Origin: a virus
Virus record (IMG/VR): IMGVR_UViG_3300000228_000006
Location: 526 to 64,525 of that record
DNA length: 64,000 nt
Direction: 5' to 3' (one strand)
Part shown: piece by piece, positions 1 through 9,020 of the stretch
Numbering within the stretch: the stretch's first letter is position 1
Layout: each line of letters starts with the position of its first letter
Notes under the pieces: generated by a model
Seen by the model: the letters and a program-made list of their open reading frames with translations, nothing else
The model's database searches: none
What the model was told of the DNA's origin: nothing
Translations under genes and position numbers: made by a program

Positions 1-1146
1 TGTGGAATTTTAGCTATAGAAAGATTCTTTAATAAAAATCCAGATAAACAAGTAGTAATTATAGTACCAACTGAAAATTTAAAAGTTCAGTGGATTAAAT
101 TACTTGCTGAATATGGATTAATACTAAATGTAGAAGTAAAAGTTATTAATTCAGCAGTTATGAAACGATTCACAGCTGATTTATTAATAATAGATGAAAT
201 ACACTCTGTAATCACAGCTACATTTTTTAAATTATTTGAAATGTGTACGCCAACTATGATTTTAGGGTTAACTGCAACATTTGAACGTTTAGATGGCAAA
301 CACATTCTTTTAGATAAATTATGTCCAATTTGTGACACAATAACAGTGAAAGAAGCTACAGAAGCTGGTTGGTTATCTCCTTATAAAGAATATAAAGTAA
401 TGATTGATGTAGATTTAACTGAGTATAATATAGTGAATCAGCAATTTATGGAACATTTTTCATTCTTTAATTATGACTTTGATTTAGCTATGAAATGTGT
501 AACAAATAATTCAGTTAGAATGCAATATGCAATGTATATTCAGCCAGATCCAAAATTTAGAAAACAAATAATTGAAGAAACAGCAGCTCATGCTTTTGCT
601 TGGAATAGGGCTTTAAAGGCTCGAAAAGATTTTGTGAAAAATCATCCAAAAAAACTTGAAATAGCAGAATTAATTCTTGAACATCGAAAAAATTGCAAAG
701 CAATTACCTTTAATTCTACTATTGCACAATGTGAAAAATTTAAAATTGGCAGTATTGTTCATAGTGGTAACACTAAAAAGAAGAATAGACTAACAATGGA
801 AGAATTTAATGAAGTTAAGACTGGAGTAATCCATTCTAGCAAAAGTTTGACAGAAGGAATTGATATAAAAGGGTTAAATTTAGCTATAATACTTCATAAC
901 ACTTCTAGTCCCAGAGAACGTATACAAAAAATTGGACGTGTAATCAGAAAAGAAGAAGGAAAACAAGCAGAAGTTTTCTCTTTAGTTTTAAAAGCCACCA
1001 TGGAAGACAATTGGTTTAAAAAATCATCAATTGGATTATCACACATCGAATTAAATGAAAATGAGCTAATTACTATTCTTACTGGACAACAGCTTGCTAA
1101 ATGTGAAATAGTGCAAGAAAAACAACCATTTTTATTTACATTTTAA
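1..1146 (+). CDS. Superfamily 2 (DEAD/DEAH-like) helicase, 5'-truncated by the window edge
   Basis: Frame is open from base 1. Motifs VPT (Ia), LLIIDEIH (II), GLTATF (III), LTEGIDI (V) and QKIGRVIR (VI). Confidence 0.9.
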   Translation, partial: CGILAIERFFNKNPDKQVVIIVPTENLKVQWIKLLAEYGLILNVEVKVINSAVMKRFTADLLIIDEIHSVITATFFKLFEMCTPTMILGLTATFERLDGKHILLDKLCPICDTITVKEATEAGWLSPYKEYKVMIDVDLTEYNIVNQQFMEHFSFFNYDFDLAMKCVTNNSVRMQYAMYIQPDPKFRKQIIEETAAHAFAWNRALKARKDFVKNHPKKLEIAELILEHRKNCKAITFNSTIAQCEKFKIGSIVHSGNTKKKNRLTMEEFNEVKTGVIHSSKSLTEGIDIKGLNLAIILHNTSSPRERIQKIGRVIRKEEGKQAEVFSLVLKATMEDNWFKKSSIGLSHIELNENELITILTGQQLAKCEIVQEKQPFLFTF

Positions 1147-1187
1147 TTATGTCTATATTAACTACTGATTGAAAATTATATTAAATT

Positions 1188-1397
1188 ATGGAAGACAGTA
1201 ACAATAGCCTTATAAAGATTATAGAGTATAATTGGAACGATGAAAAAAGAAATTTTGAAGAAACTTTTGAAATATCTATTTCACCCCAAGATACGTTAGA
1301 AGAATGGATAGATATATGTGAATTAAATAGTAATGTATTTATGTGTGATCATATATTTTATCATTTAATGAAGATAAAACACTTATTAAATTACTAA
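1188..1397 (+). CDS. Hypothetical protein (69 aa)
   Basis: ATG to TAA, acidic, co-oriented within the operon. Confidence 0.55.
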   Translation: MEDSNNSLIKIIEYNWNDEKRNFEETFEISISPQDTLEEWIDICELNSNVFMCDHIFYHLMKIKHLLNY

Positions 1398-1459
1398 TCA
1401 CTATAATAGTAATACAACCGTAACAGGTACAAAAATGTGGTTAAGAAAACTTAACCAAT

Positions 1460-2071
1460 TTGAAACAAATTGATTTTTCGATAGACAGAGAACTTGACTT
1501 TATGATTAAATATCAATTATTTCCAGAAGAATTAATGATAATTAAACTAATTTTCTTAGCTCAGGATAATCATCCAGAATACTTAGGTAAATATTTTAGT
1601 CAAATGCCTCTCAAAGGTGCTCCAAGAGATACACTTCTTACCTTACAGGAAAAAGGAATTATTAATAAATCCTATAAAGTACCTGAAAAAGGAGCAACAT
1701 TTAATCCACGTGATGTGGACTTTAATAAGAATTTTTTAAAATCTTATATCCAACATTCCGGAGATATGGGAATGGAATTATTTATGAATTATCCAAGTTT
1801 TGTAAATATAAGCGGTCGTCAATGTTCTTTAAAAAATATTTCTAAATTATTTAATAGTATGGATGATTTTTGCTTTGCTTATGGTAAAGTAATTAAATTT
1901 AACCCAGAAATGCATTTAAAAATTATGCAGTTATTAGAATTTGGAAAAGAAAATAACTTAATCCATTATGGTATAAGTGAATTTGTTATTTCTTTAAAAT
2001 GGCTTGAAATTGAAGAACTTCAAAATTCAGGTGGAACATTAAATGGTTACAATAATTCAGAATTACTATAA
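1460..2071 (+). CDS. Hypothetical protein, possibly replication-associated (directly precedes DnaB)
   Basis: 203-aa ORF with TTG start; TAATG overlap with the dnaB-like gene. Confidence 0.7.
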   Translation: MKQIDFSIDRELDFMIKYQLFPEELMIIKLIFLAQDNHPEYLGKYFSQMPLKGAPRDTLLTLQEKGIINKSYKVPEKGATFNPRDVDFNKNFLKSYIQHSGDMGMELFMNYPSFVNISGRQCSLKNISKLFNSMDDFCFAYGKVIKFNPEMHLKIMQLLEFGKENNLIHYGISEFVISLKWLEIEELQNSGGTLNGYNNSELL

Positions 2072-3159
2072 TGGGAGTTTCTAAATTATTAGCAAATGTA
2101 AAAAAAGGTAAATTAGGTAAAAATCAAGGCATTAGTACTGGTATTCCTAAACTTGATTCTGTTATATATGGCATTCAACGTAAGCATCTTTACACAATAG
2201 GAGCTGATACGGGTGCTGGTAAAACATCTTTTGCTTTAGATGTATTTCTTTATAATTTAATTAAAAATGCTGGCGATAAGCCAATTTCTATATTGTATTA
2301 TAGTTTTGAAATGGCATCTGACGTATTATACGCTAAATTACTTTCTTTATATATATTTGATACATTTAATGTAGTATTGACTTTTGAAGATATTTTATCT
2401 TTAACTCAGCCAATTTCTGATGAAAATGAAGCTTATGTCAATCAATCAATAACTTGGTTAAAATCTATAGAATCTAAAATTAAAATTTATGATAAATCAT
2501 TAACTCCGGCTGGAATTTATGTGACTTGTAAAGATTGGATGAAACATTTTGGATATTTTGAAGCTATTGATGAACATACCGAAAACTATATTGATCATGT
2601 AGAAGATAGATATAAAGTTGTTATTCTTGATCACGTAGGTTTATTATCTGGCCCAGGCTCTAAAAAAGAGAAGATTGATGCTGTTGCTGATATGATGATT
2701 TATTTTAGAAATAAATGTGATATCACAGGAGTATTTATTCAACAGCTAAATAGAAATGCTAAGGGCATGGACCGTAAAAATTCAGGCTATGAGCTTGTTC
2801 AACTAAATGACTTTAAAGATTCTTCTGGAACAACTGATGCTTCTGAAGTAGTAATAGCTCTATTTTATCCTTATAGAGAAAAGATTGCTAAATGTGAAGG
2901 TTACCCAATACAAAATGTTTTAAAAAAACAATTTAGATTATGTCAAATACTTAAAGGTAGGTGGGGTAATTCAGATGTTAATATTGGAGTTACTTTTCAT
3001 GGAGAGCTGGGCTTATTTAGAGAGTTGCCTAAACCAGAGGAAATTAATGATTACGAACAATATTTAGATTTATATTACAAAAAAAATTCAATAGATAATT
3101 TAATTACAAATGAAGATATGCAACAAGAAGATGAGATAGTACATCATTTTGTACTTTAA
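2071..3159 (+). CDS. dnaB: DnaB-like replicative helicase
   Basis: Walker A GADTGAGKTS, YYSFEM, VILDHVGLL, QQLNR and ILKGRWG motifs. Confidence 0.9.
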   Translation: MGVSKLLANVKKGKLGKNQGISTGIPKLDSVIYGIQRKHLYTIGADTGAGKTSFALDVFLYNLIKNAGDKPISILYYSFEMASDVLYAKLLSLYIFDTFNVVLTFEDILSLTQPISDENEAYVNQSITWLKSIESKIKIYDKSLTPAGIYVTCKDWMKHFGYFEAIDEHTENYIDHVEDRYKVVILDHVGLLSGPGSKKEKIDAVADMMIYFRNKCDITGVFIQQLNRNAKGMDRKNSGYELVQLNDFKDSSGTTDASEVVIALFYPYREKIAKCEGYPIQNVLKKQFRLCQILKGRWGNSDVNIGVTFHGELGLFRELPKPEEINDYEQYLDLYYKKNSIDNLITNEDMQQEDEIVHHFVL

Positions 3160-3178
3160 TTTATAAAATAAAACTACA

Positions 3179-3865
3179 GTGGCAGAATTAGGCGCAATAG
3201 TTGGTGAATCAGGGTCTGGTAAATCAACAAGTTTAAGAAATTTAGACCCAACAAAAACATTTATTATTAATGTAGCAAGTAAGCCATTACCAATTCCAGG
3301 TTATAAAAAGAGTTATAAACCTTTAGTTCAAATAGATGGTAAATGGTCTGGTAATTTATATAATACATCTAATGTAGATAAAATTGCTCAAGTATTACAA
3401 ATAATAGATAAGACTATGCCTCATATTGAGCAAGTTATAATGGATGACAGTCAGTATCTAATGAGCTTTGAAGCTATGGAGAGAGCACAAGAAAAGGGAT
3501 TTGAGAAATTTACTCAAATTGCCCAACATTTCTATTCTGTGTTAAAAAGTGGTATGAATATGAGAGATAATCTTAAAGTATTTATACTAACTCATTCTGA
3601 AAATATTGGTGATCTTATTAATCCTTCTCATAAGATCAAAACAATGGGTAAAATGATCGACAATATGATTACAGTTGAAGGATTATTCACTTATGTTTTA
3701 TTTACTATTAAAATAAAAGACGACGATAATAAAATTCAATATAAATTTATGACTCAAACAGATGGCACAACTACTGCTAAAACTCCTATGGGGTGTTTTT
3801 CAGAATTATATATTGATAATGATTTACAAGATGTATTTAATAAAATTGATGAATATAACGCATAA
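3179..3865 (+). CDS. P-loop NTPase (AAA_24/Sak4-like recombination ATPase)
   Basis: GESGSGKST, IMDDSQY, ILTHSE and TTAKTPMG motifs. Confidence 0.8.
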   Translation: MAELGAIVGESGSGKSTSLRNLDPTKTFIINVASKPLPIPGYKKSYKPLVQIDGKWSGNLYNTSNVDKIAQVLQIIDKTMPHIEQVIMDDSQYLMSFEAMERAQEKGFEKFTQIAQHFYSVLKSGMNMRDNLKVFILTHSENIGDLINPSHKIKTMGKMIDNMITVEGLFTYVLFTIKIKDDDNKIQYKFMTQTDGTTTAKTPMGCFSELYIDNDLQDVFNKIDEYNA

Positions 3866-4413
3866 TGGTAAAAGTACAAGTAACATTTAATTTTGATCCA
3901 ACAACAGAAACAGTAACAGATGTGTTATGTTCAGTTGGAGAGACTGTTAGTAAAACGGTAACAACAAAAAAAGCTACTATTAAAAAAGTAGGCAAAGAGT
4001 TAGAGGGGTTAATAATAGTTAGGGAAGAGGGTAAATTAGTACTTTCTCCAGAACTTATCGAATTATTAGAACCTGTAGAGGATGAAATAAGAGTATCAGT
4101 ACGATACGAACAAGTAAATTCTGTAATCTCTCCATTCTTTGGAACTGATGCAGCATTTAAAGGTAAAAATGGTAATAAAGTTACTAAAGGTGGAACAGTT
4201 GCTTATAGAGGAAAAGCTAATGAAGTTTTAGCAGAATTTGGAGAACATTTTACTTTAACAGAGTATAAACCAGGTATTTACCAAATGATTGGGGATATAG
4301 AATATGTCCCAAAAGATGTTCCAGTTAAAAAAGCAGTTGAAAAAGTTAAAGCTATTGAAGTAGCTGGTAATGAAGAGACTGTGTTAACAGAGATGACAAA
4401 TTTTACATTTTAA
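3865..4413 (+). CDS. Hypothetical protein (182 aa)
   Basis: TAATG overlap with the upstream gene. Confidence 0.7.
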   Translation: MVKVQVTFNFDPTTETVTDVLCSVGETVSKTVTTKKATIKKVGKELEGLIIVREEGKLVLSPELIELLEPVEDEIRVSVRYEQVNSVISPFFGTDAAFKGKNGNKVTKGGTVAYRGKANEVLAEFGEHFTLTEYKPGIYQMIGDIEYVPKDVPVKKAVEKVKAIEVAGNEETVLTEMTNFTF

Positions 4414-4440
4414 TAAAAAATAAATAAATAAGAATATAAT

Positions 4441-5130
4441 ATGAATTTTAATTTTGATAATACAGCGGGAGCTGCTCAATCCACAAATCTTCCAATTTTA
4501 GACGGTAATAAAATCCATGAAGTAACTTTCAAAGGAATTGAAGAAAGAGACATTCAAGGAGTTAAGGATGCATCTGCAGTTTATAAAGTTTTAGACATTA
4601 AATTTGCAAATGCTAAAGGTTATTATACTGAAACAGTTTGGGAGCCAAAAGCAGCAGATTTTGAACGTCGTAAAGGTACTAATGCTAAAACTGGAGCAGA
4701 CACAACCTCTCCATCTAATGTAGAAAATATGATGCTTTTATTTAAACATGTTATTGATGCAGTTAATCCTGAATTAGGAAAACAAATTGATGCTAAAGAA
4801 AAGAAAATTTCTGCACCAGATTGGGTTCAATTACGTAAATTAATGGTAGCTGCTACTGAAAAATTTAATGGAACTTCCATTAAAATTAAGTTAATTAGAA
4901 ATAATAAAGGAGAAGCTCGTTTCCCATATTTCTCAATGTTAACTAAAGAAGCTCCATATACAGCTATTGTAGCAGGAAACTTTATTGGAGAAAGTGTTTA
5001 CTTTAGTGCTTATGAAAAACAGCAAATTGATAAGGCAGCAGCTGCAACTCCAACAAATGTAGCTACTGTAGTTAATTTGGAAACTACTGATTCAAATATG
5101 TTAAATACTTCTTTGGACTTTCAGTTGTAA
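4441..5130 (+). CDS. Hypothetical protein, possible ssDNA-binding protein
   Basis: 229-aa ORF between the ATPase and the primase; function inferred from position only. Confidence 0.55.
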   Translation: MNFNFDNTAGAAQSTNLPILDGNKIHEVTFKGIEERDIQGVKDASAVYKVLDIKFANAKGYYTETVWEPKAADFERRKGTNAKTGADTTSPSNVENMMLLFKHVIDAVNPELGKQIDAKEKKISAPDWVQLRKLMVAATEKFNGTSIKIKLIRNNKGEARFPYFSMLTKEAPYTAIVAGNFIGESVYFSAYEKQQIDKAAAATPTNVATVVNLETTDSNMLNTSLDFQL

Positions 5131-5147
5131 AGTTAAATTTGTGATTA

Positions 5148-6188
5148 ATGTTTAATATACCAAAAAATGAGCAACAAATCACAAAAGAACTTTTATTAAA
5201 ACATAATTCAGAAGAAACTTATATGCAAACTTATCTTGGAATCCCTGTCAAAAAGGGATTGCAAGTAAGTCCATTAAGAACTGATAAAAAACCAACTGCA
5301 TCTTTTTTTAGAAATCAAAGTAACGATTTAATATTTCACGATTTTGATGGTTCTTTTTATGGTAATTTTATAAGTGTTGTAATGCATTTATATAATTGTA
5401 GTTATTATATTGCTTTAAAAATTATAGCGAATGATTTTGGCTTAGTAGAATTTAAAGGGTATGAAAAACATGTAACAGAAATTAAAGTATCTGATACAGT
5501 AATAACAGAAAAACAATCTACCAGTAATATCCAAGTCCAAATTAAAGAATTTTCTTCTAAAGAATTAGAATGGTGGAATTCATTTGGAATTAGTAAAAAG
5601 ACTTTAAAAAAATTTCATGTGTTTTCATGTGAAAATTCATTTTTAAATGGATTTTATTATCAATCTTCTTCTCCTTCTTCTCCCATGTATGGATATTATG
5701 GAGGTAAAAAGAATGAAATGGAATTATGGAGACTTTATATGCCTAGTAAAAGGACTTATAGATTTTTAAGTAATTGGAGTTCTAACTTCTTACAAGGAGC
5801 TAAACAATTGCCAGTCAAAGGAGATAATTTAATTATTACTAAATCATTAAAAGATGTAATGGCTCTATATGAATTAAATATACCAGCTATAGCTCCATGT
5901 TCTGAAAATATTATAATATCTCCCTCTCAATTCGATCGGCTACATAAAAAATTTGATAATATCATAATTCTATATGACAATGACTTGGCAGGTGTTAGAG
6001 GAGCACATAAGTATAAGAAGACATTTTCTGGTATTAAATGTGTATTTTTAAAAAGAAAATATGCAAAAGATATTAGTGATGTCCACAAAAAGAAAGGATT
6101 AAATCATTTTTTAGAGTGTGAAACAGAGCTGAATGAGATTTTTAATAATATAAAATTAACACAAACTAAACACTTTTACGTGTTTTAA
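5148..6188 (+). CDS. DNA primase (TOPRIM)
   Basis: N-terminal SPLRTDKKPT; TOPRIM-like IITKSLKDVMAL, LYDNDLAG and AKDISD. Confidence 0.85.
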   Translation: MFNIPKNEQQITKELLLKHNSEETYMQTYLGIPVKKGLQVSPLRTDKKPTASFFRNQSNDLIFHDFDGSFYGNFISVVMHLYNCSYYIALKIIANDFGLVEFKGYEKHVTEIKVSDTVITEKQSTSNIQVQIKEFSSKELEWWNSFGISKKTLKKFHVFSCENSFLNGFYYQSSSPSSPMYGYYGGKKNEMELWRLYMPSKRTYRFLSNWSSNFLQGAKQLPVKGDNLIITKSLKDVMALYELNIPAIAPCSENIIISPSQFDRLHKKFDNIIILYDNDLAGVRGAHKYKKTFSGIKCVFLKRKYAKDISDVHKKKGLNHFLECETELNEIFNNIKLTQTKHFYVF

Positions 6189-6199
6189 ATTAAAGAATT

Positions 6200-6733
6200 A
6201 TGGTATTTTCGAAAAGAAAAAAGAAAGTAGCTGAACCACAGCTGCCATTTTGAGCAAGTTCTCCAGCACAACTGGAAAAATATGTACCTCAAAAAACAAA
6301 TGGTAAAAAGAAAGTTAGGGCTATTAAATCTGAGGTAGATGGTATTAAATTTGATTCACAACTAGAAGTGTATTGTTATAATGCTTTAAATAATGCAGGA
6401 TTGCCTTTTGAATATGCACAGAAAACCTTTACAATTGTAGACGGGTTTAAATGCATTGGGGATAGTTATGAAGCTGATAAGCGTAAAGGGAAGGGTTTAT
6501 ATTTAAAATCTAAATCTTTACAATCAATTAAGTATACGCCAGATTTTATTATTAAAGGGAAATTTAATTATATAATAGAAACCAAAGGAATTGCTAATGA
6601 AACATTTGGAATGCGATGGAAACTATTTAAAAAATATTTATTTGATAATAATTTGTACTATGATTTATTTGTTCCACATAATCATGCACAAATAAATGAA
6701 TGTATAGAAACTATATTAAAAAAAGAAGCCTAA
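6200..6733 (+). CDS. PD-(D/E)XK endonuclease (DUF1064/resolvase-like), 177 aa, with one in-frame TGA
   Basis: ATG at 6200 is in frame with the track ORF; TGA at 6251-6253. The extension restores the motif VDGIKFDSQLE. Downstream motifs YTPDF and IIETKG. Confidence 0.8.
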
Positions 6734-6789
6734 TGAAAAACAATTGTGCAATTCATAAAAGAGGAAAAGAAAATTTTAATTAAAGAGTG

Positions 6790-6822
6790 AAAAGGATATT
6801 ACATTTTGTAATATCCTTTTTT
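6790..6822 (+). terminator. Rho-independent terminator-like hairpin
   Basis: AAAAGGATATTACA-ttt-TGTAATATCCTTTT followed by Ts. Confidence 0.7.
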
Positions 6823-6830
6823 AATGTAAT

Positions 6831-7055
6831 ATGAAAAAAGGAAAAATATATAAAGAAATAAATAGTACACATAATTTAGTTGTAATGTGTATACGCCCTT
6901 ATGTGGACACTTTTGAAGGTGTTATTATAGGAAGTAAACAACTTGACTTAATTGGTGTTTACTCTTCTTTATTTAATGTAAAAAAATTTACAGAGTATAT
7001 AGGGCCATTTAACATTAATAATGTTTTAATTGACTGTATAACTAATAATAATTAA
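6831..7055 (+). CDS. Hypothetical protein (74 aa)
   Basis: ATG to TAA, co-oriented. Confidence 0.6.
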   Translation: MKKGKIYKEINSTHNLVVMCIRPYVDTFEGVIIGSKQLDLIGVYSSLFNVKKFTEYIGPFNINNVLIDCITNNN

Positions 7056-7068
7056 TAATAAAAAATTA

Positions 7069-7566
7069 ATGAATAACTTACGAATTGGACTAGATATAGA
7101 TGATGTATTGGCAGGATTTTTTGATACGTATAAAAGAACATTTACAAAGCCAAAAGATATGGAAGATGTAAATATTACTAGAAATGTTGATAAATTAAAG
7201 AATAATAAACATTTTTGGACTACACTGCCAAAAATAAATAATATTGATTTTGTTCCAGCACTATATTGTACTAAACGAGTAAATAAAAAATGTTGGACAA
7301 AAGATTGGTTAGCAGCCAATCATTTTCCAGAAAGACCAGTGTACCAAATGTACTTTCAAAGAGGTAATAAAGCTACAATGATTAAAGGTAGGGTAGATGT
7401 ATTTATTGATGATTCTATAAGTAATTTTGTAAAAATGAATGCGAGTGGTGTACCATGTTTATTAATGGATGCTCCACACAATCAGGGTTTTGAAACTCCA
7501 TATCGTATTTATTCACTAACTTTAAAAGAAATTAAAGAAAAATACAATGGATTTAAGCAAATATAA
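7069..7566 (+). CDS. HAD-superfamily 5'(3')-deoxyribonucleotidase-like protein
   Basis: IGLDIDDVL (motif I) and FIDDS (motif IV). Confidence 0.8.
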   Translation: MNNLRIGLDIDDVLAGFFDTYKRTFTKPKDMEDVNITRNVDKLKNNKHFWTTLPKINNIDFVPALYCTKRVNKKCWTKDWLAANHFPERPVYQMYFQRGNKATMIKGRVDVFIDDSISNFVKMNASGVPCLLMDAPHNQGFETPYRIYSLTLKEIKEKYNGFKQI

Positions 7567-8638
7567 AATACAATTTTTAATAGAAACTGTAAGAAAAGAA
7601 GATATATCTGATGAAGTGTATTTTTCAAGTAAATATTCTACATATTCAAGTAATTCAAAACTTTCATATATAAATCCTGCACAAGAGGGTTCTCCAGAGA
7701 AATATAAAGCTGGTTTAAAGTCTGGATTTAATAGTTCTTTTGATTTAGGCAGTGCAGTTCATGCATTATTTTTACAATCAGAAAATTTTATTTTAAGTAA
7801 TTATGAAGAAAAACCAACTGCTAAACTTGGAGTATTCATTAATGAAATTTATAAAGCAAGAAAAAAGGAACATACTATTAAAGAATCTTTAGAAATCGCT
7901 TCTGATAAAGCTGATTATTATAAAGGTAAACTATCTGATAAAATTATTAAAACAGCAATTCAAAAAGGATTACCTTATTATATTGCCATGATGAATGATT
8001 TATATTTAGATGAATTTGGTAGAAATGTTATTGTTTTAAATAAAAAACAATTAGAGGAATGTAAATCTTGTATAAGTAATTTAAAAAGCAATGATAAAAT
8101 TTATCAAAACTTATTTATGCAAAATTTTTGGGATACTTGCGTCATAGCCAATGAAGAGGCCTTATTTATTGATGTATTAATTACATTGCCAGATAATCAA
8201 GAAGTAGTTATACCAATGAAGCTAAAATTAGATAATTATAGAATAGATCCTTCTGAAAAAGTAATTTATTTAAATGATTTAAAAACTAGTGGAAAAAATG
8301 TTAATTACTTTATGGGAGGCAATATCCCAGTATTCGATGAAAATCAAGAGAAAAGTGGGGAACAGTGGATTGATGGGAGCTTTCAAAAATATCACTATTA
8401 TAGACAAATTGCTTTTTATTTAGTGGTATTACAAATTTACTTACAAACTCAAGGATATGTAGGGTATACTTATAAAGCTAACATGGCTGTAGTACAAACC
8501 TTGCCAGAATACAATAGTAAATTATTTGAAGTCCCTGAAAAATATATAAAACTAGGAATGGAAGAATTCAAAGAATTGATTTGCAGAGTTGCATTTCATG
8601 AGATTAATGGATATGATGTTGAATTTACAAAAGATTAA
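7547..8638 (+). CDS. PD-(D/E)XK exonuclease (RecE/Cas4-like)
   Basis: LGSAVHAL, KLKLDNY, NDLKTS and YHYYRQIAFY motifs. Confidence 0.8.
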   Translation: MDLSKYKIQFLIETVRKEDISDEVYFSSKYSTYSSNSKLSYINPAQEGSPEKYKAGLKSGFNSSFDLGSAVHALFLQSENFILSNYEEKPTAKLGVFINEIYKARKKEHTIKESLEIASDKADYYKGKLSDKIIKTAIQKGLPYYIAMMNDLYLDEFGRNVIVLNKKQLEECKSCISNLKSNDKIYQNLFMQNFWDTCVIANEEALFIDVLITLPDNQEVVIPMKLKLDNYRIDPSEKVIYLNDLKTSGKNVNYFMGGNIPVFDENQEKSGEQWIDGSFQKYHYYRQIAFYLVVLQIYLQTQGYVGYTYKANMAVVQTLPEYNSKLFEVPEKYIKLGMEEFKELICRVAFHEINGYDVEFTKD

Positions 8639-8640
8639 AT

Positions 8641-9018
8641 ATGAACGATTATGTAAAAAAAGCAATTAATGATGCTGTATATGATGATAAACGTACTTTA
8701 TATTCATCATTTTTTTCATCTGGAACACAGACATCTGGTAAGATGAATAATAAATTAGAATTAATATCATTAATTTGCTTAGTCAGCCAAAAAATGTCTA
8801 TCGATAATAAAACTGTTACTACAAAAGATGTAATAGAAAAAATTGTTGGCCATGTATTAAATTATAATGACTCTTACGATCATTACCTAATTGGGTTAAG
8901 TATTGTTTGTGATGATATGATGGTTGGAGTTACTGAAATTGATTCATTTGGTTTAAAAACCTCTACGGAGATAATAAATAAGATAAAAAATATATTAGCC
9001 GAATGGCTTCCATTTTAA
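8641..9018 (+). CDS. Hypothetical protein (125 aa)
   Basis: ATG to TAA, tightly packed. Confidence 0.65.
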   Translation: MNDYVKKAINDAVYDDKRTLYSSFFSSGTQTSGKMNNKLELISLICLVSQKMSIDNKTVTTKDVIEKIVGHVLNYNDSYDHYLIGLSIVCDDMMVGVTEIDSFGLKTSTEIINKIKNILAEWLPF

Positions 9019-9020
9019 TT

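Noticed and set aside
1149-1184. 11-codon uORF MSILTTD(W)KLY containing a TGA
   Set aside because: Too short to distinguish from chance, and a TAA separates it from the next gene.
6733-6783. 16-aa micro-ORF coupled by TAATG to the nuclease gene
   Set aside because: No supporting evidence beyond the overlap.
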